A stretch of 64,000 bases of DNA from an uncultured Bacillales bacterium (GTDB taxonomy: Bacteria; Bacillota_I; Bacilli_A; RFN20; CAG-826), in NCBI GenBank assembly GCA_946185585.1, contig CAMHJP010000001.1, positions 15,646 through 79,645 of the forward strand, in the 5' to 3' direction. Under the pieces are notes generated by a model. It ran no database searches and was not told where the DNA came from. It saw only the letters and a list, made by a program, of their open reading frames with translations. Both the position numbers and the translations under genes were made by a program. Positions 8,257 through 19,470 of the stretch are shown piece by piece; the first letter of the stretch is position 1, and each line of letters opens with the position of its first letter.

Positions 8257-9590
8257 AATTTTTTACCAAGTAAATCAATCGCTCTAGCATAAATAATTGC
8301 TGAGAGGTAGAAGTCTTCTAATGGCATTAGTTCATCAGGTTCATGCATAGTTGATATACGTCCTGGGAAAAGCGCACCAAAGGCAATTGTGTTTGGAGCA
8401 TGTTTAGCGTATGTTCCACCACCAGTTGTTAATGGAGCAGTCTTGTCTCTTGTTTCTTTGCGATATGCCTTCAGAAGAGTTTTCACTAAAGTTGATTTAG
8501 GATCATATAAAAGAAGTGGAGATGGTTCTCTAGCTTCTGATTTGGTGGCAAAGAATTTATCAAACTTCTCAATGATTTCTTTTAAGTTTGTTGTTTCTCC
8601 GTACCGGAAATTAACGGTAAAACTAAGTTTTTCTTTCTCATAGTTAACCATACCAACACAATATGTTGAATCACCAAGAAGTTTAGAGTGGGTGTAACAA
8701 CCAAATTTCTTACCAGATGTATCGCTTAAGTTATCACCAATTTTAGATAAACTTTCTACATTGTAGAAATCTCCTAAGGCTGATAAGCAAATTAAAGCAG
8801 CATTTACACCAAGTTGTGGAGTTGATCCATGGCAAGCTTGTCCTTCGAAGACGAGTAGTTTAACTTCTTCCTTGAAGTTAATGTTCTTTTCTTTTAGATA
8901 ATTAATGAAGTCTTCATCGCGTTTCATTTCCACTTCAACATGGTCACAAACAGCGTTAGTAGCAACGCCACCTTTAATAGAGTTCACATTAGGGATTTTC
9001 ACCGCAATTTCTGGATAAAAGTCGACAATTTCCTTTTCTCCATAAATAAGCGGGAAATCAGAATCTGGGGTAAATCCGTAATCTGGACCTTCCTTTTTTA
9101 AAGTATCAAAATAGTACTCTAAGCATGATGAACCACGTTCTTCATCACCACCAACAACAATACGAACTTTATAATTTTTAATTAAACCTTCTTCATATAA
9201 AGCTTTTGTAGCATATAAGGCAGAAATAAGTGGTCCTTTATCATCGCTTGAGCCACGAGCATAAATATTTCCATCACGAACAACTGGTTCAAATGGATCG
9301 TTTGTCCACTTTCCAGATGCTGGAACAACATCAGCGTGAGCAAAGATACCAATCATCTTGTCTCCACTACCAATTGTTAATTCCGTGGCATAGCCATCGC
9401 AATATTCAACTGAAAAGCCAAGTTTACTGCCTAATTCGCCAATAAAATGGAGTGCTTTATCAACGTTTTCTCCAAATGGTTTTTCTTTGGTTTTTGTTGT
9501 TTCATCATAAACTGAAGGAATCTTACAAAACTCTTTTAGAGTTTCGAGCATTTCATCATTATATTTTTCTAATAGTTTCTTGTAATTCAT
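8253..9590 (-). CDS. M20-family dipeptidase (PepV-like)
   Basis: 445 aa with HADVVPA, GSSDDKG and GGDEERGS metal-binding motifs of M20 peptidases. Confidence 0.8.
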   Translation of the reverse strand: MNYKKLLEKYNDEMLETLKEFCKIPSVYDETTKTKEKPFGENVDKALHFIGELGSKLGFSVEYCDGYATELTIGSGDKMIGIFAHADVVPASGKWTNDPFEPVVRDGNIYARGSSDDKGPLISALYATKALYEEGLIKNYKVRIVVGGDEERGSSCLEYYFDTLKKEGPDYGFTPDSDFPLIYGEKEIVDFYPEIAVKIPNVNSIKGGVATNAVCDHVEVEMKRDEDFINYLKEKNINFKEEVKLLVFEGQACHGSTPQLGVNAALICLSALGDFYNVESLSKIGDNLSDTSGKKFGCYTHSKLLGDSTYCVGMVNYEKEKLSFTVNFRYGETTNLKEIIEKFDKFFATKSEAREPSPLLLYDPKSTLVKTLLKAYRKETRDKTAPLTTGGGTYAKHAPNTIAFGALFPGRISTMHEPDELMPLEDFYLSAIIYARAIDLLGKKL

Positions 9591-9592
9591 AA

Positions 9593-10357
9593 CTAGATTC
9601 CTTTCTTTAAAATAAGACGAATTTCATTCATTCCTTTAACTGTTAATAAAGGATCATAAATCGCTTCACCGATATCTTCTTTAATGACCTCGGAATATCC
9701 GCCAGTCACAACAGTTTTAACACTTGGATATTTCTCTTTCGCAACACTCATAAAATGTTTTAATGACGCCACTGTTGAATAGTAAACACCCGATTTCATG
9801 CATTCGATCGTGTTTCTGCCAATCGCTTCCTCCGGCTTTTTGATTCTTAATTTTGGAAGAAGTTCGGTTTGTTTAGTCATTGATTTTAAAGACGCATCCA
9901 TTCCTGGCATGAATGAACAACCAACAAGTTCCTTCTTTTCACCAATGAAGATGAATTTTGTGACTGTTCCTAAATCAGCGATCAGAATTGGAGCGCCATA
10001 AAAATTTTCCGCACCGCAAATATCAGCTAATAAGTCAGAGCCGGTTTCGTTTGGAACACCTTCAGGAAGCTTTTTGGCGTCTTTAATATCAAAGATATTT
10101 GTTTTTAGTTTAAAGACTGATAAGACAAATTTTTGAATAGTTTTGTTTAGGCTTGGGACAACACTAAAAAGAATGGCATCTTCAAAATCTGATGCTTGAA
10201 GTTTGTTTTCTTTAAGCATTTCAATTAATGTTGTTTTTGTCTTTAAAAACGATTTGTCATCAATAACGATTTTTGTTTGACAAATAAATTTTTCACCAGC
10301 AAAAACAGCATATTTTACGCTTGTATTGCCTAAATCAATAACTAATGAATGTTTCAT
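9593..10357 (-). CDS. coaX: Type III pantothenate kinase
   Basis: 254 aa beginning MKHSLVIDLGNTSVKYAVF, the acetate/sugar-kinase fold N-terminus of CoaX. Confidence 0.85.
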   Translation of the reverse strand: MKHSLVIDLGNTSVKYAVFAGEKFICQTKIVIDDKSFLKTKTTLIEMLKENKLQASDFEDAILFSVVPSLNKTIQKFVLSVFKLKTNIFDIKDAKKLPEGVPNETGSDLLADICGAENFYGAPILIADLGTVTKFIFIGEKKELVGCSFMPGMDASLKSMTKQTELLPKLRIKKPEEAIGRNTIECMKSGVYYSTVASLKHFMSVAKEKYPSVKTVVTGGYSEVIKEDIGEAIYDPLLTVKGMNEIRLILKKGI

Positions 10358-12760
10358 TTAAATAGCAACAATGTTGACGATTTTTCCCTTGACGATAATG
10401 ACTTTCTTGATTTCTTTGCCTTCGATTTGACGTTTAACGTTATCAAGGGCAAAGCATTTTTCTTTTAATTCATCGTCAGAGATTTCTTTATCAACTTCGA
10501 TTGTGTCACGAAGTTTTCCATTAACCGAGACCGCCATCTTCACTGTATTTAAAACAAGTTTAGAGGCATCGTAAGTTGGGAAGCGTTCGTAATCGATTAA
10601 TTCTTTTCCTGTTAACTCTTGATAGAGTTCTTCACTCACAAATGGGCAAACACATGAGAACATCTTTAAGAAATTAACCATGTAAGGTTTATAGATTGAA
10701 TTTGCTTTATAAACTGCATTAATGAAAATCATCATTTGTGCAATCGCGGTATTAATCTGTAATTTCTCAAAGTCTTCAGTGACTTTCTTAACGGTTGCAT
10801 TATATGCAAAGTCGAGTTCTTTGGAGTTTTCATCGCTAAAGCGATTAACAAATTCTGGATCTGTATATAGACGATGGACACGTTCGATAAATCGACGTGC
10901 ACCAGCTAATCCTGTTGTTGACCAGAGGAATCCTTCTTCAAGAGGTCCAGCAAACATTTCGAATAAACGAAGTGCATCGGCACCGTATTCTTCAACAACA
11001 TCATCTGGGTTAACAACGTTACCTCTTGATTTAGACATCTTTTCACCGTTTTCACCTAGAATCATTCCTTGGTGGAATAATTTCTTATAAGGTTCACTAC
11101 AGAAAACAACACCTTCATCATAAAGGAACTTATGCCAGAAACGAGAATAAAGGAGGTGAAGAACAGCGTGCTCAGCACCACCAATATAAAGGTCAACTGG
11201 TAACCAGTGTTTAATTAATACTGGATCAGCAATGGTGTGATCGTTCTTTGGATCAAGGTAGCGAATGTAATACCAACAAGATCCAGCCCATTGTGGCATA
11301 GTGTTAGTTTCACGTTTCGCTTTCTTTCCATTAATCACAACATTAACCCAATCTTTAGCATTAGCTAAAGGAGATTGTCCATCACCGCTAGGAGCATAGA
11401 CATCTAACTCTGGTAATGTAAGTGGAAGATCTTTTTCTGAAAGAGCTTCAATTGTGCCATCTTCATAAGTCACAACTGGAATTGGTTCTCCCCAATAACG
11501 TTGACGGGAGAAAATCCAGTCACGTAATTTGTAATTAACTTTCTTATGGCCAGCGCCCATCTCTTCAAGTTTCTTGATGATAGCTTCTTTGGCCTCTTCA
11601 ATATTTAATCCGTTCGCAAAATCAGAGTTGATGTGTTTGGCATCATCTTCCATAGCATGTTCAGAAATATCTCCTTCGAGAACTTGGATCATTTCTAAAC
11701 CATGTTTCTTAGCGAATTCATAGTCTCTTTGGTCATGTGCTGGAACAGCCATCACAGCGCCACTACCATAACCATAAAGGACATAGTCAGCAGCATAAAT
11801 TGGAACTTCTTTACCATTAATTGGGTTGATGGCATAAGCACCAATAAAGACACCTGTTTTATCTTTATTAAGTTCCGTTCTTTCCATATCGGATTTGGAC
11901 TTCACTTCATCAAGATAACCAAGAATTGCTGGTAATTTTTCAGGTTTTGCTAGTTTTTTTACAAGTGGATGTTCTGGAGCTAAACAGCAATAGGTGCAGC
12001 CAAAAAGAGTATCGGCACGAGTTGTAAAAACAACAAATGATTCATCACTATCTTTGACTCTAAAGGTGATTTCAGCACCTAATGATTTACCAATCCAGTT
12101 CTTTTGCATAACAAGTGTGGATTTTGGCCAATCTAGAGTAGATAAACCGTCAATTAACTTGTCAGCATAGCTTGTAATTCTTAGCACCCATTGGCGCATT
12201 GGCATTTTGATAACTGGGTAGCCACCACGTTCACTTTTACCATCAATAACTTCTTCGTTAGCTAAAACGGTGCCGAGTTCTGGGCAGAAGTTAACTGGAA
12301 TATTAGCAACATAAGCTAAATCTTTTCCGAAAAGTTTAGTGAAAATCCATTGTGTCCATTTGTAGTAACTTGGATCACAAGTGGCAATTTCCTTACTCCA
12401 GTCATAGGAGAAACCTAGTGACTTAATTTGGTGACGGAAGTTATCAATATTAGCTTTCGTAAACGAATATGGGTGTTTATTGTTTTTAATCGCGAATTGT
12501 TCGGCTGGTAAGCCAAAAGCATCCCAACCCATTGGATGGAGGACATTAAAGCCCTGCATTCTTTTCATACGGCAAATGACGTCACTTGCGGTATAACCTA
12601 ATGGGTGACCAACGTGTAAACCTTGTCCGGAAGGATATGGAAACATATCCAAGCAGTAATATTTTGGTTTACTAAAATCATAAACATCGCAGAAGAAAGG
12701 TTTCTTTTCTTCGTAGATATTCATCCATTTTTGTTCAATTTTCTTGTGGTCGTAACTCAT
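10358..12760 (-). CDS. leuS: Leucyl-tRNA synthetase
   Basis: 800 aa with HVGHPLGY and KMSKS. Its start overlaps the glgA stop by 4 nt. Confidence 0.95.
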   Translation of the reverse strand: MSYDHKKIEQKWMNIYEEKKPFFCDVYDFSKPKYYCLDMFPYPSGQGLHVGHPLGYTASDVICRMKRMQGFNVLHPMGWDAFGLPAEQFAIKNNKHPYSFTKANIDNFRHQIKSLGFSYDWSKEIATCDPSYYKWTQWIFTKLFGKDLAYVANIPVNFCPELGTVLANEEVIDGKSERGGYPVIKMPMRQWVLRITSYADKLIDGLSTLDWPKSTLVMQKNWIGKSLGAEITFRVKDSDESFVVFTTRADTLFGCTYCCLAPEHPLVKKLAKPEKLPAILGYLDEVKSKSDMERTELNKDKTGVFIGAYAINPINGKEVPIYAADYVLYGYGSGAVMAVPAHDQRDYEFAKKHGLEMIQVLEGDISEHAMEDDAKHINSDFANGLNIEEAKEAIIKKLEEMGAGHKKVNYKLRDWIFSRQRYWGEPIPVVTYEDGTIEALSEKDLPLTLPELDVYAPSGDGQSPLANAKDWVNVVINGKKAKRETNTMPQWAGSCWYYIRYLDPKNDHTIADPVLIKHWLPVDLYIGGAEHAVLHLLYSRFWHKFLYDEGVVFCSEPYKKLFHQGMILGENGEKMSKSRGNVVNPDDVVEEYGADALRLFEMFAGPLEEGFLWSTTGLAGARRFIERVHRLYTDPEFVNRFSDENSKELDFAYNATVKKVTEDFEKLQINTAIAQMMIFINAVYKANSIYKPYMVNFLKMFSCVCPFVSEELYQELTGKELIDYERFPTYDASKLVLNTVKMAVSVNGKLRDTIEVDKEISDDELKEKCFALDNVKRQIEGKEIKKVIIVKGKIVNIVAI

Positions 12761-14193
12761 TTTGCGAGCGCCTTTTTATATGCCTCGACATATTTCTTAG
12801 CTGAAACTGTCCAGGAACGATCTAATTTCATTGCATTAGCAATCACCTTTTTCATTTTTTCTCTATCTCCATAGAGTTCCCAAGTCATTTCTAATTGTTG
12901 GCCTAATGCCATGCCAGTATAAGGTTGGAACATAAATCCAGTAGCTTTCTTGGCGTTTTTGCCATCATAGCCGACAATTGTGTCTTTGAGACCACCGGTC
13001 TCACGAACAATTGGAAGTGAACCATAACGTTGGGCAATCATTTGGCCAATACCACATGGTTCAAATAAACTTGGCATAATGAAGAAATCACTACCGGCAT
13101 AGATTTGGTGGGCAAGTTGATCGTTATAGCCAATGTAAATACCAATGTTCTTTGGATATTTAGCACGAACCTTTTCTAAACGTTGTTCAATGTCTTTTTC
13201 GCCACTACCTAACACTAAAAGTGTTCCATTGTTTTGAACAAGATAATCGATGTTATCGAAAATTAGATCAAAACCTTTCTGGTAGGTTAGACGAGAGACA
13301 ATACCATAAACTGGTCCTCGACGGTTTGCTAAATTAAATTTCTCCAAAACTTGTTTCTTGTTGGCAATCTTTGCTTTAGCAAATCCATCTGCTGAATAAA
13401 GTTCAGCAATGTTTTTATCATTACTTGGATCAAATTCCACCACATCGATTCCGTTAAGGATGCCAAAGAAGTCATCTTTACGGAGCTCTAAACAATAGTT
13501 TAGTCCTTGAGAGGTATTATAAGTTAATAACTCTTCACGGTGTGTTGGGGAAACTGTCGTAATGATATCAGCGTAATAAATCGCTGCTTTTAATGTAGAG
13601 ACCATGCCTTCAAAACGGACATTACCTTTATCGTAAATGTAATCATTTAAACCATAAAAGTTGTTTAAATAATATTTATCCATGAAACCTTTAAAGGCTG
13701 GGTTATGAATGGTTAAAACAGTTTTAATGTTTCCTAAGAATGGATCTTCACGGAAACGTTCCTTAATTAAGCAAGGAATCATGCTGGCTTGCCAGTCATG
13801 AACGTGAATGATATCTGGATGGACTTTGAGTTGTTTGAGCGCTTCTAGAGCAGCTAAAGAGAAGAACGCAAAGCGTTCTGCATCATCATAATGTCCATAG
13901 AGTTCATCACGGTTAAAATAGTATTCATTATCTAAGAGATAATAACGAATTCCATCGATTTTGGTTTGGAAAATACCGCAGTATTGTTGTCTCCAACTCA
14001 TCGCAATGGAAAAGGAGGAGAGGAATTTCACCTTTACTTTTGGATTCTCTTTAATCTTTTTGTAGTAAGGTAAAACAATAATTGCTTCCTCACCAATTTT
14101 GTTTAATTCTCTTGATAGAGAATAAGTAACATCGGCAAGACCACCACTTTTACAAAGTGGATTGGCCTCCGAGGTGACCATTACAATCTTCAT
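12757..14193 (-). CDS. glgA: Glycogen synthase
   Basis: 478 aa beginning [22 protein letters not shown], the canonical GlgA N-terminus. Confidence 0.9.
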   Translation of the reverse strand: MKIVMVTSEANPLCKSGGLADVTYSLSRELNKIGEEAIIVLPYYKKIKENPKVKVKFLSSFSIAMSWRQQYCGIFQTKIDGIRYYLLDNEYYFNRDELYGHYDDAERFAFFSLAALEALKQLKVHPDIIHVHDWQASMIPCLIKERFREDPFLGNIKTVLTIHNPAFKGFMDKYYLNNFYGLNDYIYDKGNVRFEGMVSTLKAAIYYADIITTVSPTHREELLTYNTSQGLNYCLELRKDDFFGILNGIDVVEFDPSNDKNIAELYSADGFAKAKIANKKQVLEKFNLANRRGPVYGIVSRLTYQKGFDLIFDNIDYLVQNNGTLLVLGSGEKDIEQRLEKVRAKYPKNIGIYIGYNDQLAHQIYAGSDFFIMPSLFEPCGIGQMIAQRYGSLPIVRETGGLKDTIVGYDGKNAKKATGFMFQPYTGMALGQQLEMTWELYGDREKMKKVIANAMKLDRSWTVSAKKYVEAYKKALAK

Positions 14194-15302
14194 TTAATCA
14201 CCTTTCCTTGGGCAACGTAGACTGGTTCGTCTTTGGTCCCAATAACATCTTTATAAATCTTGGCGTATTTATCGACCACCGCGTATTCTACGCGAACACC
14301 TTCGCCAACAATGGCTTTGGTTAATAAGATTGAGTGGTCAACTTTAGCCTTTGGAGCAATCTCAACATAACGAGAGACAATCGAATTTTTCACACTTCCT
14401 TCGATATGTCCGCCATTAGCTAGATAGCAGTTTTTACAAACAGCATTCTCTCCATAATTTGTTGGAGGAGCGCTATGAGTACGAGTGTAAATTGGAGCAC
14501 CTTGGTCAAAAAGTTGGGTAGCGACTTTGTAATCAAGGAGTTCAAAGGAATATTCAATGAAGTGTTCAAAGGAGTCGATGCAACGGACATAACCTTTGTG
14601 TTCATAGCCATAAACCTTTAAGGATTGGCTGGTAACAATTCTTTCCATCAGCATTCTGATGCTTAAAGCATCACGATAGTCTTTGTGACGAATAATTCTT
14701 AAGAAAGCGTCACGACTAATGACGTATGTACGCATCGAGACACTAACGTCATCTTTCTCACCTTTATTTGGAGCAAAGAAAGTGACAATATCGTTTTTGA
14801 CCTCTAAAACGTTACTAGACAAGAATGCTTTTGTGCCGTTTTTAATCTTGGTATAAACAAGAGTAATATCAGCGCCTTTTTCCTTGTGGAATTTGAGCAC
14901 TTCATTGTAATCAATGATTGTGATAATATGGGCTGGAGCGATGATGATATAATCAGCATCACTTTCATAATAGACCCAGTCATTTTCACGAATGGCGTTT
15001 AAATCAGAGTTAAATTTTGGATCACGAATACCGCGTTCATTCATCAAAATATTTTGACGACCAATCTTGGTGTTATTGACCCAGGTTTTAAGTGAACCGA
15101 TGTGTTTAGCAACACTTCGGTAGTTATCCTTAACAAGGATATTAATTTCATCAATTGAGGAGTTAGTGAAATTAGAAAGAGCGAAATCCATGATCGCAAA
15201 ACGACCAAGGAAAGAAGTTGAACCAGTTGTACGTTTCTTGGTTAGTTCACCTAGTGTTGGTGAATCATAGAGGTTTAATAAACCTAAAACTTTGCGTCCC
15301 AT
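14190..15302 (-). CDS. glgD: Glucose-1-phosphate adenylyltransferase regulatory subunit GlgD
   Basis: 370 aa nucleotidyltransferase-like protein that lacks the GlgC G-G-GSRL motif. It sits immediately downstream of glgC as in Firmicutes glgCD pairs. Confidence 0.8.
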   Translation of the reverse strand: MGRKVLGLLNLYDSPTLGELTKKRTTGSTSFLGRFAIMDFALSNFTNSSIDEINILVKDNYRSVAKHIGSLKTWVNNTKIGRQNILMNERGIRDPKFNSDLNAIRENDWVYYESDADYIIIAPAHIITIIDYNEVLKFHKEKGADITLVYTKIKNGTKAFLSSNVLEVKNDIVTFFAPNKGEKDDVSVSMRTYVISRDAFLRIIRHKDYRDALSIRMLMERIVTSQSLKVYGYEHKGYVRCIDSFEHFIEYSFELLDYKVATQLFDQGAPIYTRTHSAPPTNYGENAVCKNCYLANGGHIEGSVKNSIVSRYVEIAPKAKVDHSILLTKAIVGEGVRVEYAVVDKYAKIYKDVIGTKDEPVYVAQGKVIK

Positions 15303-15304
15303 TC

Positions 15305-16432
15305 TTATTTCTCCTCTCCAGCATAAAGCTTAATGTGTTCTGGATCACCAATAATCTTAGTGCCCTTTTTAATTTCCACATCTGGTGCAATTACGGCATA
15401 AGAAGCAACAACACCATCATGGATTTTAACATTACCCATGACCACACAGTGGTCAATCTTCGCATCTTTATCAATCGTGACTAAACGAGAAACAACAGAG
15501 TGTTTCACTTCACCATGAATGACAGTGCCTTGGTCAATTAAGGAATCTTCAACAACGGCTTTTGAACCAATGTATTGTGGATGACATGGTTGGTCTTCGG
15601 TGTAGATGGTGTGACCATTAAAGATTTCTTTAAGGTTGGTTTCCTTTGTTCCGTCAAGAAGATCCATGTTGGCTTCATGTAAAGAAGCAATCGTACCGAC
15701 GTCTTTCCAGTATCCACGATACTTATAGGCAAATAAACGTGCTCCACCTTTTAATAATGCTGGAATGACGTCTTTACCAAAGTCATGTGAACTATCTTTC
15801 TTCTTGGCGTCTTTAATTAATGCTTCACGAAGAACAGAGTACTTAAATAAGTAAATGCCCATCGAAGCAAGATTGCTTGTTGGATGAGCTGGTTTTTCAT
15901 GGAACTCGATAATACGGTTCTTTTCATCGGCGACTAAGATTCCGAAACGAGAAGCTTCTTTCCAAGGAACTTCATAAACTCCGATTGTACAATCTGAGTC
16001 GTTTTGGATGTGTTCTGCCACCATTTCATCAAATGATGTCGAATAAATATGGTCACCAGAAAGAATCAAAATGTAATCTGGATGTGTGGAATCCATAAAA
16101 TCGATATTAGCGTAGATGGCATCAGCGGTTCCTTTGTACCAGGATAAGCCTTCATCGGTTTGTCTTGGAGCAAGGGTGGTTGTTAATGAACGAACTCCAT
16201 TAAGACCCCACTTTTCGCCATTACCAATATATTGGTCGAGATAAACTGATTCGTATTGGGTAAGAACTCCGACTGTGGTAATGTGCGAATTGGCACAGTT
16301 ACTTAGAGGAAAATCAATGATGCGATATTTCGCTCCAAATGTCACAGCTGGTTTAGCGTTTTTCTTTGTTAAAGCTTCTAGACGGCTTCCTTTTCCACCG
16401 GCTAGAATCATTGCGACAACTTTTTTAGACAT
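15305..16432 (-). CDS. glgC: Glucose-1-phosphate adenylyltransferase
   Basis: 375 aa with AMILAGGKGSRL and a left-handed beta-helix C-terminus. Confidence 0.9.
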   Translation of the reverse strand: MSKKVVAMILAGGKGSRLEALTKKNAKPAVTFGAKYRIIDFPLSNCANSHITTVGVLTQYESVYLDQYIGNGEKWGLNGVRSLTTTLAPRQTDEGLSWYKGTADAIYANIDFMDSTHPDYILILSGDHIYSTSFDEMVAEHIQNDSDCTIGVYEVPWKEASRFGILVADEKNRIIEFHEKPAHPTSNLASMGIYLFKYSVLREALIKDAKKKDSSHDFGKDVIPALLKGGARLFAYKYRGYWKDVGTIASLHEANMDLLDGTKETNLKEIFNGHTIYTEDQPCHPQYIGSKAVVEDSLIDQGTVIHGEVKHSVVSRLVTIDKDAKIDHCVVMGNVKIHDGVVASYAVIAPDVEIKKGTKIIGDPEHIKLYAGEEK

Positions 16433-16531
16433 TGCTAACTCCTATAAATAAAAAACGAAATTAAAAATTTCTAAACGTATTGTAGCACATTAGTAAGAAA
16501 TAACTATAAAAATAAACTAAAGTTTAAATTT

Positions 16532-18610
16532 TTAATCTTTTTGAAGACGTTTTTTGCGGTAGATAAATCCAACCACACCACCGGCAATAACTAAACCTAA
16601 AGAGGCATAAAACACTGGACGTAAAACACGATAATGAGTTGGTCCAACCCACTTCACTTCCATGGAGTTTTGACCTTTGTGAAGTCTAAAGGAAAGCAAT
16701 CCATCAACGTTTTCTCCAGAGACTTTTTCATTACCAAAATAAGCGTAATATCCATCAGCATAAAACTGTGGAAGTTGGATGAGAGCTTCCTCACTTGTGA
16801 CTTCTAAATTAAATCCAAAATTTGGACAATCGTATTTGGTTAATTCGATATTTGCTGTTCCTTCTAAAATTGCTGGAGCAATATAACTATCTTTATCATA
16901 GATAAAGTTGTTTTGGAAAATGAGTCTTGTGCGGATGTCTTTATAGAGTGAATTTTCGTATTTTGGAGTGTAATTATAGATGTACCAATTTGTCGACCAA
17001 TCTGGATCATCATAACGAAGATCAAAGCATAGAGGAACCATCTCGTTTTGCGCACCACTTGAACGATGGTTGAGAGTGTATTCTTCAGCATCTTTCATCA
17101 CGAATAAATCAGCATCTTCTGCCACAGCTAAATAAACACGTTTTTCCACTAATCCTTGGCTCACAAGAAGTAGGGATGAGGCAGCAGCTAAAGCGAAATT
17201 TAAAACTGGTTTTTTGAATTTAAGATCGCTAAGTAAAACGCAGACAAATCCAGCGAGCATAAAGTAAGCCATGCCCCAAATACGCCAAGCGAATTGAACG
17301 TTATACATCACCTTTGGCATAATTACCCAAACATCAGCGACAAAAATCAAAATTAAGCAGACAACAAACGAAGCAAAGAAGAAGTAGAAGTTAGGATCTT
17401 TATAAATTGTTTTTTCTGTTGTTTCACCACTTTCAACATTATTAAATGTTGGAACAATCTCAAAAACAACAAACATGACATAGAAGATCGCTAAGGCAAG
17501 ATACTGTTCGACTCTTCCATCCATTAAAAGTGGGAATATAACTAAAACAACTAAATCAATTGGGAATCGTCCCCACCATGGAAGTTTCTTGGCCCAGTGA
17601 TCAACAACGAACATTGCTGCGATAGATACAGCAAACATGAAGAATCCAAAAACAAGGAAGGAAACGCTCGAAGCATCCCACCACTTGGAGAATTCAACCG
17701 AACGAATCCAGCCAATGTTTAAGAAGCCAGAAAAGTCTGTTGCGGTTCCTGTTGATGCTTGTACAAAGTCAAGGTTTGTCCATTGAACTTCCGGATCGGA
17801 GAAACGATAGATTCCAGAGTTTTTAACGACCATCGAATTCACCACATAATAAAGAAGTAATCCGGTTGTTAAAAACACCGTAATTCCTAGGGAAGTCCAG
17901 AACAATTTATCTTTTCTTTTAATAATGATTTGTTTGAAATTAGCAAAGACAAAAATAACTCCAAAAATCGCTGTCAAAAGTCCAGTGAATGGGTGGGTCA
18001 TAATCACACCAGCAGCGCCTAAAGCTAAGGCAATGTAAGAAGAGACTTTAAAATCATCATATAAAATCGAATACGCACCATAAAACACCATCGGAATAAA
18101 GCCGATTGCAACTGCTTCGCCATAGGCGCAGCGAGATAAAGCACAAAAACTGCGATATGGAAGGAAGATAAAAATAAACGCAGTTATTAGGGAAATGTAA
18201 TAGTTTTTTGAAATTTTACGTCCTAATTTATACATGTAAATTGCGCCTAAAATTGAGGAAAGGAAGATCGTAGCTTTATAGCCAAAAATGACATCTCCTC
18301 CAGCCCAAGAAGTTAAAAACGCAATAATAGCGGCTGAATAATGGGAAACAGGACCATAGTAGCTTTGGTTATAAATAGCAAAGCCACCCATAAAAACATG
18401 GTTTGGGCCAATACCAAAACTACCATGTTTCATCCCGTAATAAATGTCGTAGATTTGGGAAATATGAAAACCGATGTCATCACCACCAGCGATGCCATCA
18501 TAAAAAAGAACATAGGTTGAAAAAAGAGCTGCTAAAACAAGAATCACATAAGGAATGGAGTGAATCAGAATGTTAAAGATGCACTCTTTTTTAGCCGTTT
18601 TCATTTCCAA
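16532..18610 (-). CDS. Polytopic membrane protein, GT-C-fold glycosyltransferase-like (YfhO/ArnT-like)
   Basis: 692 aa with more than 10 predicted TM helices. A DD motif (GGDDIGFH) sits in the first extracytoplasmic loop. A soluble C-terminal domain is followed by a final TM helix. Confidence 0.4.
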   Translation of the reverse strand: MEMKTAKKECIFNILIHSIPYVILVLAALFSTYVLFYDGIAGGDDIGFHISQIYDIYYGMKHGSFGIGPNHVFMGGFAIYNQSYYGPVSHYSAAIIAFLTSWAGGDVIFGYKATIFLSSILGAIYMYKLGRKISKNYYISLITAFIFIFLPYRSFCALSRCAYGEAVAIGFIPMVFYGAYSILYDDFKVSSYIALALGAAGVIMTHPFTGLLTAIFGVIFVFANFKQIIIKRKDKLFWTSLGITVFLTTGLLLYYVVNSMVVKNSGIYRFSDPEVQWTNLDFVQASTGTATDFSGFLNIGWIRSVEFSKWWDASSVSFLVFGFFMFAVSIAAMFVVDHWAKKLPWWGRFPIDLVVLVIFPLLMDGRVEQYLALAIFYVMFVVFEIVPTFNNVESGETTEKTIYKDPNFYFFFASFVVCLILIFVADVWVIMPKVMYNVQFAWRIWGMAYFMLAGFVCVLLSDLKFKKPVLNFALAAASSLLLVSQGLVEKRVYLAVAEDADLFVMKDAEEYTLNHRSSGAQNEMVPLCFDLRYDDPDWSTNWYIYNYTPKYENSLYKDIRTRLIFQNNFIYDKDSYIAPAILEGTANIELTKYDCPNFGFNLEVTSEEALIQLPQFYADGYYAYFGNEKVSGENVDGLLSFRLHKGQNSMEVKWVGPTHYRVLRPVFYASLGLVIAGGVVGFIYRKKRLQKD

Positions 18611-18682
18611 AATAATAACATAGTAATTATTGGAATGAAATAATAAGTAGAGTCGTCACTTCGAATTTGCTACAATAAAAAC

Positions 18683-19156
18683 ATGTCTCGTAAAGGTAAA
18701 GATATTGTTGTTCATCTTTCTAGCAAGAAATTGATCTTTTTATACATCGGAACATTTCTTGTTTTTGAAGCGATTTTCTTCTTCTCATTTACGTTTGGTT
18801 CGATTGTGACAAACCATGCTTTAGATGTTCCGTTTTTCATTTATACACCACTTTTAGTGGTGATGAGTATCATTCTTTGCGTTATGTCAATTAAAAATAC
18901 CTACTACATTTTGAATGATTCCAGAGTCGTTCATGTTCGTATGGGAAAAGAAGTTTCTTACGAGTGGTCGCACATTGTTTATATTAATGAAGAATGGAGT
19001 AAAAAACATAAGACTTTAGATTTCTTCTTAGAGTCTGGAAAAGAATGCTACTTATCATTTGATAAGGAAGGCAAACTTTACGAATACGCTTTACGAAATT
19101 GTCGACTCCTCGAATTAGAAGATTTCCAACAAAGATATTCAAAAAATAAACTTTAG
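18683..19156 (+). CDS. Small membrane protein with bacterial PH-like (bPH_2/YdbT-like) domain
   Basis: 157 aa with two N-terminal TM helices and a roughly 90-aa soluble domain of PH-like pattern. Confidence 0.4.
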   Translation: MSRKGKDIVVHLSSKKLIFLYIGTFLVFEAIFFFSFTFGSIVTNHALDVPFFIYTPLLVVMSIILCVMSIKNTYYILNDSRVVHVRMGKEVSYEWSHIVYINEEWSKKHKTLDFFLESGKECYLSFDKEGKLYEYALRNCRLLELEDFQQRYSKNKL

Positions 19157-19186
19157 TTTGAAAATACTAAAGTACATTGATATAAT
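19155..19186 (+). promoter_or_regulatory. Promoter with extended -10 (TGaTATAAT) for rpmB
   Basis: TGATATAAT at 19178-19186, about 36 nt upstream of the rpmB ATG. Confidence 0.4.
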
Positions 19187-19222
19187 AGCAACTGCTTTTC
19201 TTAAGATTGAGAGGTAAATACG

Positions 19223-19411
19223 ATGTCAAGAGTTTGTCAAATCACAGGTGTCGGACGTAGATCCGGTAACAACCGTTCCCATAGTAATATTGCTACCCGT
19301 CGTGTCTGGAACGCCAACTTACAAAAATACAAAGTTAACATTAATGGAAAAATGGTCACTGTCCGTATGACAGCTAGAGCCCACCGTTCATTAATGAAAA
19401 ACGCTAAGTAA
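19223..19411 (+). CDS. rpmB: 50S ribosomal protein L28
   Basis: 62 aa beginning MSRVCQITGVGRRSGNNRSHSN...NLQ, which matches L28. Confidence 0.9.
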   Translation: MSRVCQITGVGRRSGNNRSHSNIATRRVWNANLQKYKVNINGKMVTVRMTARAHRSLMKNAK

Positions 19412-19430
19412 TTAATTACTTAAGCAATAG

Positions 19431-19457
19431 AAAAATCCGTCAATCGACGGATTTTTT
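19431..19457. terminator. Bidirectional rho-independent terminator
   Basis: aaaaaTCCGTCaatcGACGGAtttttt. Confidence 0.8.
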
Positions 19458-19470
19458 CATCTTTATATTC

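Noticed and set aside
10722-11090. 122-aa ORF antisense within leuS, and similar antisense ORFs in atpD, atpA, rlmN, glpK and pepP
   Set aside because: They lie antisense to highly conserved housekeeping genes. No independent support.
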